Origin: Eledone cirrhosa | Lineage: Eukaryota | Length of the DNA stretch: 64,000 nucleotides | Assembly: GCA_964016885.1 (NCBI GenBank) | Contig: OZ024743.1 | Coordinates: 204,910,001-204,974,000, forward strand | Direction: 5' to 3' | Part shown: one piece after another, positions 52,638 to 64,000 of the stretch | Numbering within the stretch: position 1 is the stretch's first letter | Layout: each line of letters starts with the position of its first letter | The notes under the pieces: model-generated | The model's database searches: none | Told to the model about the DNA's origin: nothing | The model's input: only the letters and a program-made list of their open reading frames with translations | Program-made: the position numbers and the translations under genes

Positions 52638-55600
52638 GAAATAAACTAAATTATAAACTAAGTTATAAACTAAATTATAAACTAAATTAAAAACTCAATA
52701 AAATAAAATAAAATAAAATAAAATAAAATAAAATAAAATAAAATAAAATAAAATAAAATAAAATAAAATAAAATAAAATAAAAAATAAAATAAAATAAAA
52801 TAAAATAAAATAAAATAAAATAAAATAAAATAAAAAAAAATAAAATAAAATGAAATAAAAAAAACTAAAAAATATAAATAAAATAAAATAAAATAAATAA
52901 AATAAAATAAAATAAAATAAAATAAAATAAATAAAAATAAAATAAAATAAAAAAAAATAAAAAAAAATTAAATATAAAAAATAAATAAAATAAAATAAAA
53001 TAAGAACTCAATTAAAAACTCAGTAAAAACTCAATTAAAAACTCAATTAAAAACTCAATCGAAGCACCATTAAAACACCATTAAAAACTCCACTATAAAC
53101 CCACTAAACCCATTAAAAACCAATTAAAAATTCAATTACACATCCCATTAGAAATTTCATTAAAAACTCAATTAAAAGTTCCATTGAAAACACATTCAAA
53201 ACCCATTAACCCCATATTAAAAGTTCATAAAACTCTATTAAAAACCCAATAACAAACCAATTAAAACGCCATTAAAACGCCACAAAACACAATAAAATGT
53301 CATAAAAACGCCATTAAAACATCACAAAAAGCCCAATTAAAAAACCATTAATAATGCCATTAAAAATTCCATAAAAATCCATTAAAAACTCCACTAAAAG
53401 CCCATTAAAAAGTTCATTAAAAGCCATATTATAAATTTCATAAAAAACAATTGAAAACCCCATTATTTATGAGCCTTTTTTATGAGTTTTTAATAGTGTT
53501 TTAATTCAGTTTTTAATTGCGTTTAAAATTGGGTTTTAATGGCTTTTTAATGGTGTTTTAATGGAATTTTAATGTGATTTTCGATGGTGTTTAATGGGTT
53601 TTTTATGGAGTTTTTAATTGGGTTTTCAATGGTGTTGTTTATGAGTTTTAAATGGGTTTTTAATGGAATTTTTGATTGCGTTTTTAATGAAATTTTTAAT
53701 AGATTCAAGGATGTTTTAATGGAGTTTTTAATGGTCTTTTTAATGGCGTTTTAATTGTGTTTTTATGGTGTTTAAATGCGTTTTAATGATTTTTAATTGG
53801 GTTTTTAATGGAGTATTTTTAATGAGCTCTTAATGGATTTTTCAATTGGATACTTAATGGGTTTTAATGGAATTTATAATAAGGGTTTTAATTGACTTTA
53901 AATATGATTTTTAATGGAGTTTTTAATGAAATTTCTAATGGTGTTTTTAATTGCGTTTCCCCCCGTGAGGGTTTTAATGGCATTTTAAATGACATTTTAA
54001 TGAGTTTTTATGATGTTTTAATGGCGTTGTAATTGTTTTTTATTGGGTTTTTAATATAATTTTGTATGAGCTTTTAATGGGGGTTTTCAATGTTGTTTTT
54101 AATGGAGTGTTTAATGGAATTTTAATGGGGGTTTGATAAAAAAAATTAATTGCTTTTTAATTTAATTTTTAATGCGTTTTTGATGGTGTTTAAGTGCGTT
54201 CATGATGATCTTTTCAATGGATTTTTAATGGGGTTTTAATTGACTTTTTAATGGTGTTTTCAATGTAATTTTTAATGATAGTTTAATGGTGTTTTAATGA
54301 CGTTTTAATTGTGTTTTTTATGGTGTTTTAGTGACGTTTAAATATGATTTTTAATTGGTTTTTTAATTGAGTATTTATATGAGTTTTCACTGGTGTTTTT
54401 AATGGGTTTTTCAATATTGCATTTAATGAAATTTTTAATATGGTTTCAAATGGAATTTTTAATGTGTTTTTAATTGGGTTTCTAGTGACGTTTTTAATGG
54501 TACTTTAAATGACGTTTTAATGACTTTTATGGCGTTTTAATGGGTTTTTTAATTGGGTTTTTAATGTAGTTTTTTAAAAGATCTTTACTTGGGATTTTAT
54601 GGGTTTTCAATGCGGTTTTTAATGGTATATAAATGGAGTTTTTGGTGTGGTTGTTAATGGTATTAGTGACATTTTAATGTGTTTTTAATGGTGTTTTAAG
54701 CGAGTTTCTGATTTAGTTTAAATTTAAATATTTGATGGTCCTTCTAATGGGCTTTAATGGATGTGTAATGTGTTTAATGCAATTTTAATGGGGTTTAATG
54801 GGGGTAGTAGGTTTCAATGGGTTTTAATGGAGTTTTAATGGCTAGTGCTCTTTTTTTTTTAGAGTTTTTAATGGTGTTTTTAATGGTTTTTCATTGAGCT
54901 TTTAATTGCGTTTTTAATTGCGTTTTTAATCTAGTTTAAAAATTGAGTTTTAATGGGTTTTTCAATTAGGTTTTTAATGGATTTATAATGGTGTTTTTTA
55001 CGGATCCTTTAATTTTTTATAATGGGTTTTCAATGCCGTTTTAATGGTGTTTTTTAATGGTATCCTTAATGACGCTTCGATAAGTTTCAATGTTATTTTA
55101 ATGGGGTTTAGATTGATTTTTTAATGGAGTTTTTTTAATGAACTTTTATTGGGGTTTTCAATCAGGTTTTTAACTGAATTTTTAATGTTTTTCAATTAGA
55201 TTTTTTATGGAGTTTTTATGGGCTTTTTAATGAGTTTTTAATGGTGTGCTAATTGAGTTTTCAATTACCTTTTTAATTGAGTATAAAATCGAGTTTTTAC
55301 TAAGTTTTTAATGAATTTTTAATGGAATTTTAATGGGGTTTCCAATGGACTTTTAATTGTGTTTTAATGGGGTTTTAAAATTGGTTTTTAGTTGCATTTT
55401 CAGGGGCTTTTAATGGGGCTTAATGGGGGTTTAATGGGGGATTTAATTGAGTTTTTAATGGAGTTTAATAGAGTTTATAATGTAGGTTTTAATGGAGTTT
55501 TTAATGAAGTTTTAATGTAGTTTTTAATGAGGTTTTTAATGACGATTTTAATGGCGTTCTTAATGGCGTTTTAATGGTATTTTATGGCATTTTAATGACG

Positions 55601-56874
55601 GTTGTAATGGTTTTTAATGGAGTGTTAATTGGTTATTAATTGTATTTTAATGGGTTTTATGAGCTTTTTAATGGACTTTTTAGTGGTGTTTTTAATGGAG
55701 TTTTTAATGGGTCTTTTAATGGAATTTGCAATGTAGTTTTTAATGGTGTTTTCAATTGTATTTTTAATGACGTTTTAATGGTGTTTTTTATGGCGTTTTA
55801 ATAGGATTTTTAATTGGTTTTTTAAAGGACTATTATTATGGGTTTTTTATGTAATTTTATAATGGGATTTTCAGTAGGGTTTTTAATTGGATTTTTAATG
55901 GAGTTTATAATATGTTTTTTAATTGGATTTTTAAAGAATTTATAATTGCGGTTTTAATATAGTGTTTAATGGAGTATTTAATTGGTTTTTAATGGTAATT
56001 TTAATGGAGTGTTTAATGTGTTTTTAATGGGGGAGGAGGGGGTAAAATGCAGTTTTTAATTGAGTTATCAATGGAGTTTTTAATGACATTTTTAATGACG
56101 TTTTAATAGCGTTTTATGACGTTTTAATGACGTTTTAATGGTTTTTTTATTGGGATTTGGGAGTTTTTATGAGCTTCTAATTAGGTTTTAAATGGGGTTT
56201 TCAATGAGGTTTTTAGTGGAATTTTTAATGGGCCTTTAATGTATTTTTAATGGGATTTTAATGTTTTTTATGGCGTTTTTAATGGTATTTTAAATGCTGT
56301 TTTAATGTTTCTTTTATGGCCTTTTAATTGGGTTTTTGATTGAGTTTTTAATGGATTTTTTTAACGAGAATTATGAAGTTTAATGGGTTTCCAGTGTGTT
56401 TTAAATGAAGTTTTTGATAATATTTTTAATGGAATTTTAATGGCGGTTATGGGATTTTAATGGGTTCTGGTGGTATTTTTGTGGATTTTAATGGGGTGTT
56501 AAATGGTTTTAATGTTGTTTTACTTGCGCTTTCGATTACGTTTACAATTAAGTTTTTACTGTTTTTAATTGGATTTTTAATGGATTTTAATGTGGTTTTT
56601 AATGGAATTTTAATGGTGTTTTAATATAGTTTTTAATGGGTTTCGGATGTAGCTTTTAATGGTGGTTTAGTGTGCTTTTTATTGGGTTTTTAATGAGTTT
56701 TTATGAGCTTTACAATGCAGTTTTTAATGGTGTTTATATATATATATATACATACATACATATATATGTATATATATATATTTACACATATATATGTGTA
56801 TATATATATGTGTATATATATATTTACACATATATATGTGTATATATATATTTACACATATATATGTGTATTAA

Positions 56875-56905
<31 letters not shown>

Positions 56906-56906
56906 T

Positions 56907-56976
<70 letters not shown>

Positions 56977-57072
56977 TATATATATATATATATATATTAA
57001 ATATATATATATATATATATATATTAAATATATATATATATATATATTAAATATATATATATATATATATAT

Positions 57073-57127
<55 letters not shown>

Positions 57128-57349
57128 TATATATATATATATATATATTCCACTTTCATGTTACACAATATATATAAACTGGGATTTATATTTTGCGTTA
57201 GTGCCATATTAAGCTGACAACGATATATTCGTATCTTAAAAAATATTTTTTTTAGATCACATTGTTCTAGATATTATTAAAATTATTAAATCTATTTTCA
57301 ATTTGCACGAACACTTGCATATACTACATACATACATTTATATAGACAC

Positions 57350-57743
57350 TAACACAAATATTAGCATATACATAATTTCTTAGTCATTGAGGATGTGTTT
57401 TTATACATACATATGCATATTGCATACATACATACATACACACATACAAGCATATACATAGACATACACACACACATATATACACACACTGTATATATAT
57501 ATATACATACACACACACACACATATATATATACACACACACACTATATATATATATAGTGTGTGGTGTATATATATATATGTGTGTGTGTGTATGTATA
57601 TATATACAGTGTGTGTATATATATGTGTGTGTATGTGTATGAATATGCTTGTATGTGTGTATGTATGGATGCAATATGCATATGTATGTATAAAAAACAC
57701 ATCCTCAATTACTAAGAAAATATGTATATGCTAATATTTGTGT

Positions 57744-57745
<2 letters not shown>
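57350..57745. repeat. 396 bp palindrome (R6)
   Basis: Same termini as in F1. Confidence 0.95.
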
Positions 57746-57780
<35 letters not shown>

Positions 57781-57842
57781 GCACACACTATATATATATA
57801 TATATATACATACACACTATATATATATATATACACACACAC

Positions 57843-57887
<45 letters not shown>

Positions 57888-58647
57888 AATCCCATTAAAA
57901 ACCACATTAAAAATTCAATTAAAAATCTATTTTGAAAAACCCATTAAAAACCCCATTATAAGCTCATAAAACACTCCATTAAAACCCCAACCAAACCCCC
58001 CATTAAAACACAATTAAAACATCATTAAGAATGCCAATAAAAGCGCCATTAAAAACCACATTGGAAACCCATAAAAACCCAATTAAAACAAAATTAAAGT
58101 TTCCATTAAAAGTCCCCATTAAAACACCATTAAAACACCCATTAAACCCCCCCCCCCTCGAAAAGACATTAAAACCTCAAATTTAAACCGAAATAAAAAC
58201 TCAATTAAAACGCAATTAAAAACTCAATTAAAACACCATTAAAAACACAATTAAAAGCCCATTAAACCAATTAAAATTGCATTAACACACCACTAAGGTT
58301 CCATTGGAAAACCATTAAAAATGTCATTAAACCTACACTGAAAACCCATTAAACCCCCATTAAAAGCGCACCCAAAACTTTATAAAAAACCAAATAAAAA
58401 CCCCATTAAAATACCATTAAAACGGCATAAAACACCATTAAAACCACATTAAAACTCAATTAAAAATTCCATTTAAATCTCCATTATAAACTCAATTAAA
58501 ACTCCATTAAAACTCAATTAAAAACTCCATTAAAAACACACACACATGAAGTTACATGCTGGCTTGCACACTTATAGCGATTGCTATTTCCTTTTAATTT
58601 CATTAAAACTAGGATGTTTTAGAAAGATAAAAACAAAACTGAATAAT

Positions 58648-58779
58648 GAAGAGACTAGGGAGGGGTAAAGAAAGGCAGATCAGGGTGTAGAGGACAGTAG
58701 GGGGAGAAGAGGGAAGAGACTTGGGAGGGGTAAAGAAAGGCAGATCTGGCTGTAGAGGACAGTAGGGGGAGAAGAGGGA
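58648..58779 (-). repeat. 2x65 bp direct repeat (R6)
   Basis: Reverse complement, GAGGGAG variant. Confidence 0.95.
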
Positions 58780-60180
58780 GAAATAAACTAAATTATAAAC
58801 TAAGTTATAAACTAAATTATAAACTAAATTAAAAACTCAATAAAATAAAATAAAATAAAATAAAATAAAATAAAATAAAATAAAATAAAATAAAATAAAA
58901 TAAAATAAAGTAAAAAAAATAAAATAAAATAAAATAAAATAAAATAAAAAATAAAATAAAATAAAATAAAATAAAATAAAATAAAATAAAATAAAATAAA
59001 ATAAAATAAAATAAAAAAATAAAATAAAATAAAATAAAAAAAAATAAAAAATATAAATAAAATAAAATAAAATAAATAAAATAAAATAAAATAAAATAAA
59101 ATAAAATAAAATAAATAAAAATAAAATAAAATAAAAAAAAATAAAAAAAAATTAAATATAAAAAATAAATAAAATAAAATAAAATAAGAACTCAATTAAA
59201 AACTCAGTAAAAACTCAATTAAAAACTCAATTAAAAACTCAATCGAAGCACCATTAAAACACCATTAAAAACTCCACTATAAACCCACTAAACCCATTAA
59301 AAACCAATTAAAAATTCAATTACACATCCCATTAGAAATTTCATTAAAAACTCAATTAAAAGTTCCATTGAAAACACATTCAAAACCCATTAACCCCATA
59401 TTAAAAGTTCATAAAACTCTATTAAAAACCCAATAACAAACCAATTAAAACGCCATTAAAACGCCACAAAACACAATAAAATGTCATAAAAACGCCATTA
59501 AAACATCACAAAAAGCCCAATTAAAAAACCATTAATAATGCCATTAAAAATTCCATAAAAATCCATTAAAAACTCCACTAAAAGCCCATTAAAAAGTTCA
59601 TTAAAAGCCATATTATAAATTTCATAAAAAACAATTGAAAACCCCATTATTTATGAGCCTTTTTTATGAGTTTTTAATAGTGTTTTAATTCAGTTTTTAA
59701 TTGCGTTTAAAATTGGGTTTTAATGGCTTTTTAATGGTGTTTTAATGGAATTTTAATGTGATTTTCGATGGTGTTTAATGGGTTTTTTATGGAGTTTTTA
59801 ATTGGGTTTTCAATGGTGTTGTTTATGAGTTTTAAATGGGTTTTTAATGGAATTTTTGATTGCGTTTTTAATGAAATTTTTAATAGATTCAAGGATGTTT
59901 TAATGGAGTTTTTAATGGTCTTTTTAATGGCGTTTTAATTGTGTTTTTATGGTGTTTAAATGCGTTTTAATGATTTTTAATTGGGTTTTTAATGGAGTAT
60001 TTTTAATGAGCTCTTAATGGATTTTTCAATTGGATACTTAATGGGTTTTAATGGAATTTATAATAAGGGTTTTAATTGACTTTAAATATGATTTTTAATG
60101 GAGTTTTTAATGAAATTTCTAATGGTGTTTTTAATTGCGTTTCCCCCCGTGAGGGTTTTAATGGCATTTTAAATGACATT

Positions 60181-63087
60181 TTAATGAGTTTTTATGATGT
60201 TTTAATGGCGTTGTAATTGTTTTTTATTGGGTTTTTAATATAATTTTGTATGAGCTTTTAATGGGGGTTTTCAATGTTGTTTTTAATGGAGTGTTTAATG
60301 GAATTTTAATGGGGGTTTGATAAAAAAAATTAATTGCTTTTTAATTTAATTTTTAATGCGTTTTTGATGGTGTTTAAGTGCGTTCATGATGATCTTTTCA
60401 ATGGATTTTTAATGGGGTTTTAATTGACTTTTTAATGGTGTTTTCAATGTAATTTTTAATGATAGTTTAATGGTGTTTTAATGACGTTTTAATTGTGTTT
60501 TTTATGGTGTTTTAGTGACGTTTAAATATGATTTTTAATTGGTTTTTTAATTGAGTATTTATATGAGTTTTCACTGGTGTTTTTAATGGGTTTTTCAATA
60601 TTGCATTTAATGAAATTTTTAATATGGTTTCAAATGGAATTTTTAATGTGTTTTTAATTGGGTTTCTAGTGACGTTTTTAATGGTACTTTAAATGACGTT
60701 TTAATGACTTTTATGGCGTTTTAATGGGTTTTTTAATTGGGTTTTTAATGTAGTTTTTTAAAAGATCTTTACTTGGGATTTTATGGGTTTTCAATGCGGT
60801 TTTTAATGGTATATAAATGGAGTTTTTGGTGTGGTTGTTAATGGTATTAGTGACATTTTAATGTGTTTTTAATGGTGTTTTAAGCGAGTTTCTGATTTAG
60901 TTTAAATTTAAATATTTGATGGTCCTTCTAATGGGCTTTAATGGATGTGTAATGTGTTTAATGCAATTTTAATGGGGTTTAATGGGGGTAGTAGGTTTCA
61001 ATGGGTTTTAATGGAGTTTTAATGGCTAGTGCTCTTTTTTTTTTAGAGTTTTTAATGGTGTTTTTAATGGTTTTTCATTGAGCTTTTAATTGCGTTTTTA
61101 ATTGCGTTTTTAATCTAGTTTAAAAATTGAGTTTTAATGGGTTTTTCAATTAGGTTTTTAATGGATTTATAATGGTGTTTTTTACGGACCCTTTAATTTT
61201 TTATAATGGGTTTTCAATGCCGTTTTAATGGTGTTTTTTAATGGTATCCTTAATGACGCTTCGATAAGTTTCAATGTTATTTTAATGGGGTTTAGATTGA
61301 TTTTTTAATGGAGTTTTTTTTAATGAACTTTTATTGGGGTTTTCAATCAGGTTTTTAACTGAATTTTTAATGTTTTTCAATTAGATTTTTTATGGAGTTT
61401 TTATGGGCTTTTTAATGAGTTTTTAATGGTGTGCTAATTGAGTTTTCAATTACCTTTTTAATTGAGTATAAAATCGAGTTTTTACTAAGTTTTTAATGAA
61501 TTTTTAATGGAATTTTAATGGGGTTTCCAATGGACTTTTAATTGTGTTTTAATGGGGTTTTAAAATTGGTTTTTAGTTGCATTTTCAGGGGCTTTTAATG
61601 GGGCTTAATGGGGGTTTAATGGGGGATTTAATTGAGTTTTTAATGGAGTTTAATAGAGTTTATAATGTAGGTTTTAATGGAGTTTTTAATGAAGTTTTAA
61701 TGTAGTTTTTAATGAGGTTTTTAATGACGATTTTAATGGCGTTCTTAATGGCGTTTTAATGGTATTTTATGGCATTTTAATGACGGTTGTAATGGTTTTT
61801 AATGGAGTGTTAATTGGTTATTAATTGTATTTTAATGGGTTTTATGAGCTTTTTAATGGACTTTTTAGTGGTGTTTTTAATGGAGTTTTTAATGGGTCTT
61901 TTAATGGAATTTGCAATGTAGTTTTTAATGGTGTTTTCAATTGTATTTTTAATGACGTTTTAATGGTGTTTTTTATGGCGTTTTAATAGGATTTTTAATT
62001 GGTTTTTTAAAGGACTATTATTATGGGTTTTTTATGTAATTTTATAATGGGATTTTCAGTAGGGTTTTTAATTGGATTTTTAATGGAGTTTATAATATGT
62101 TTTTTAATTGGATTTTTAAAGAATTTATAATTGCGGTTTTAATATAGTGTTTAATGGAGTATTTAATTGGTTTTTAATGGTAATTTTAATGGAGTGTTTA
62201 ATGTGTTTTTAATGGGGGAGGAGGGGGTAAAATGCAGTTTTTAATTGAGTTATCAATGGAGTTTTTAATGACATTTTTAATGACGTTTTAATAGCGTTTT
62301 ATGACGTTTTAATGACGTTTTAATGGTTTTTTTATTGGGATTTGGGAGTTTTTATGAGCTTCTAATTAGGTTTTAAATGGGGTTTTCAATGAGGTTTTTA
62401 GTGGAATTTTTAATGGGCCTTTAATGTATTTTTAATGGGATTTTAATGTTTTTTATGGCGTTTTTAATGGTATTTTAAATGCTGTTTTAATGTTTCTTTT
62501 ATGGCCTTTTAATTGGGTTTTTGATTGAGTTTTTAATGGATTTTTTTAACGAGAATTATGAAGTTTAATGGGTTTCCAGTGTGTTTTAAATGAAGTTTTT
62601 GATAATATTTTTAATGGAATTTTAATGGCGGTTATGGGATTTTAATGGGTTCTGGTGGTATTTTTGTGGATTTTAATGGGGTGTTAAATGGTTTTAATGT
62701 TGTTTTACTTGCGCTTTCGATTACGTTTACAATTAAGTTTTTACTGTTTTTAATTGGATTTTTAATGGATTTTAATGTGGTTTTTAATGGAATTTTAATG
62801 GTGTTTTAATATAGTTTTTAATGGGTTTCGGATGTAGCTTTTAATGGTGGTTTAGTGTGCTTTTTATTGGGTTTTTAATGAGTTTTTATGAGCTTTTCAA
62901 TGGAGTTTTTAATGGTGTTTATATATATATATATACATACATACATATATATGTATATATATATATTTACACATATATATGTGTATATATATATGTGTAT
63001 ATATATATTTACACATATATATGTGTATATATATATTTACACATATATATGTGTATTAAATATATATATATATATATATACATATAT

Positions 63088-63171
<84 letters not shown>

Positions 63172-63267
63172 TATATATATATATATATATATTAAATATA
63201 TATATATATATATATATATTAAATATATATATATATATATATTAAATATATATATATATATATATAT

Positions 63268-63328
<61 letters not shown>

Positions 63329-63944
63329 TATATATATATATATATATATTCCACTTTCATGTTACACAATATATATAAACTGGGATTTATATTTTGCGTT
63401 AGTGCCATATTAAGCTGACAACGATATATTCGTATCTTAAAAAATATTTTTTTTAGATCACATTGTTCTAGATATTATTAAAATTATTAAATCTATTTTC
63501 AATTTGCACGAACACTTGCATATACTACATACATACATTTATATAGACACTAACACAAATATTAGCATATACATAATTTCTTAGTCATTGAGGATGTGTT
63601 TTTATACATACATATGCATATTGCATACATACATACATACACACATACAAGCATATACATAGACATACACACACACATATATAAACACACTGTATATATA
63701 TATATACATACACACACACACACATATATATATACACACACACACTATATATATATATAGTGTGTGGTGTATATATATATATGTGTGTGTGTGTATGTAT
63801 ATATATACAGTGTGTGTATATATATGTGTGTGTATGTGTATGTATATGATTGTATGTGTGTATGTATGGATGCAATATGCATATGTATGTATAAAAAACA
63901 CATCCTCAATTACTAAGAAAATATGTATATGCTAATATTTGTGT

Positions 63945-63976
<32 letters not shown>

Positions 63977-64000
63977 CGCACACACTATATATATATATAT
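60181..64000 (-). repeat. Macrosatellite unit R7, cut by the window end
   Basis: Follows the inverted consensus to the window edge. Confidence 0.93.
63551..63946. repeat. 396 bp palindrome (R7)
   Basis: Same termini as in F1. Confidence 0.95.

Larger units (their letters stand above)
47843..53996 (-). repeat. Macrosatellite unit R5
   Basis: Landmark to landmark, 6154 bp. Confidence 0.95.
53997..60180 (-). repeat. Macrosatellite unit R6
   Basis: Landmark to landmark, 6184 bp. Confidence 0.95.
22418..64000 (-). repeat. ~6.1 kb macrosatellite array, inverted arm (~6.8 units)
   Basis: Reverse complement of the landmark (..CCCCCGTGAGGGTTTTAATGGCATTTTAAATGACATT) ends at 23593, 29618, 35663, 41700, 47842, 53996, 60180 (periods 6025, 6045, 6037, 6142, 6154, 6184). 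Confidence 0.97.

Noticed and set aside
1-64000. Tandem gene cluster (rDNA, 5S, histone, snRNA, spliced-leader)
   Set aside because: A ~6 kb period would fit, but the complex sequence totals under 500 bp per unit and shows no motif I recognise from these genes; an Rfam search of 1288-1530 and 2719-2920 would settle it.

Overview
The whole window is non-coding, AT-rich DNA that looks eukaryotic: a tandem array of a ~6.0-6.3 kb macrosatellite, about 10.4 copies. About 3.6 copies run forward (1-22422). The array then inverts at a TAAAA microhomology and about 6.8 copies run in reverse (22418-64000). Each unit contains: (i) degenerate 10-13 bp CCATTAAAA-type minisatellite blocks in both polarities; (ii) a (TTTTA)n tract; (iii) a 2x65 bp pyrimidine-rich direct repeat plus a ~110 bp unique segment; (iv) a ~1.2 kb core with a (TA)n zone, a 396 bp near-perfect palindrome, a ~200 bp unique segment, a TTTAA-punctuated (TA)n tract and 18 bp mini-palindromes. 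I see no credible CDS, rRNA, tRNA or CRISPR; all listed ORFs are translations of simple repeats. The most notable observation is that the axis of the giant inversion (~21045) lies within ~20 bp of the axis of the 396 bp hairpin in the last forward unit, which suggests hairpin-guided fold-back. The organism and any function cannot be determined from the sequence alone. Coordinates were read by eye and may be off by a few bases.
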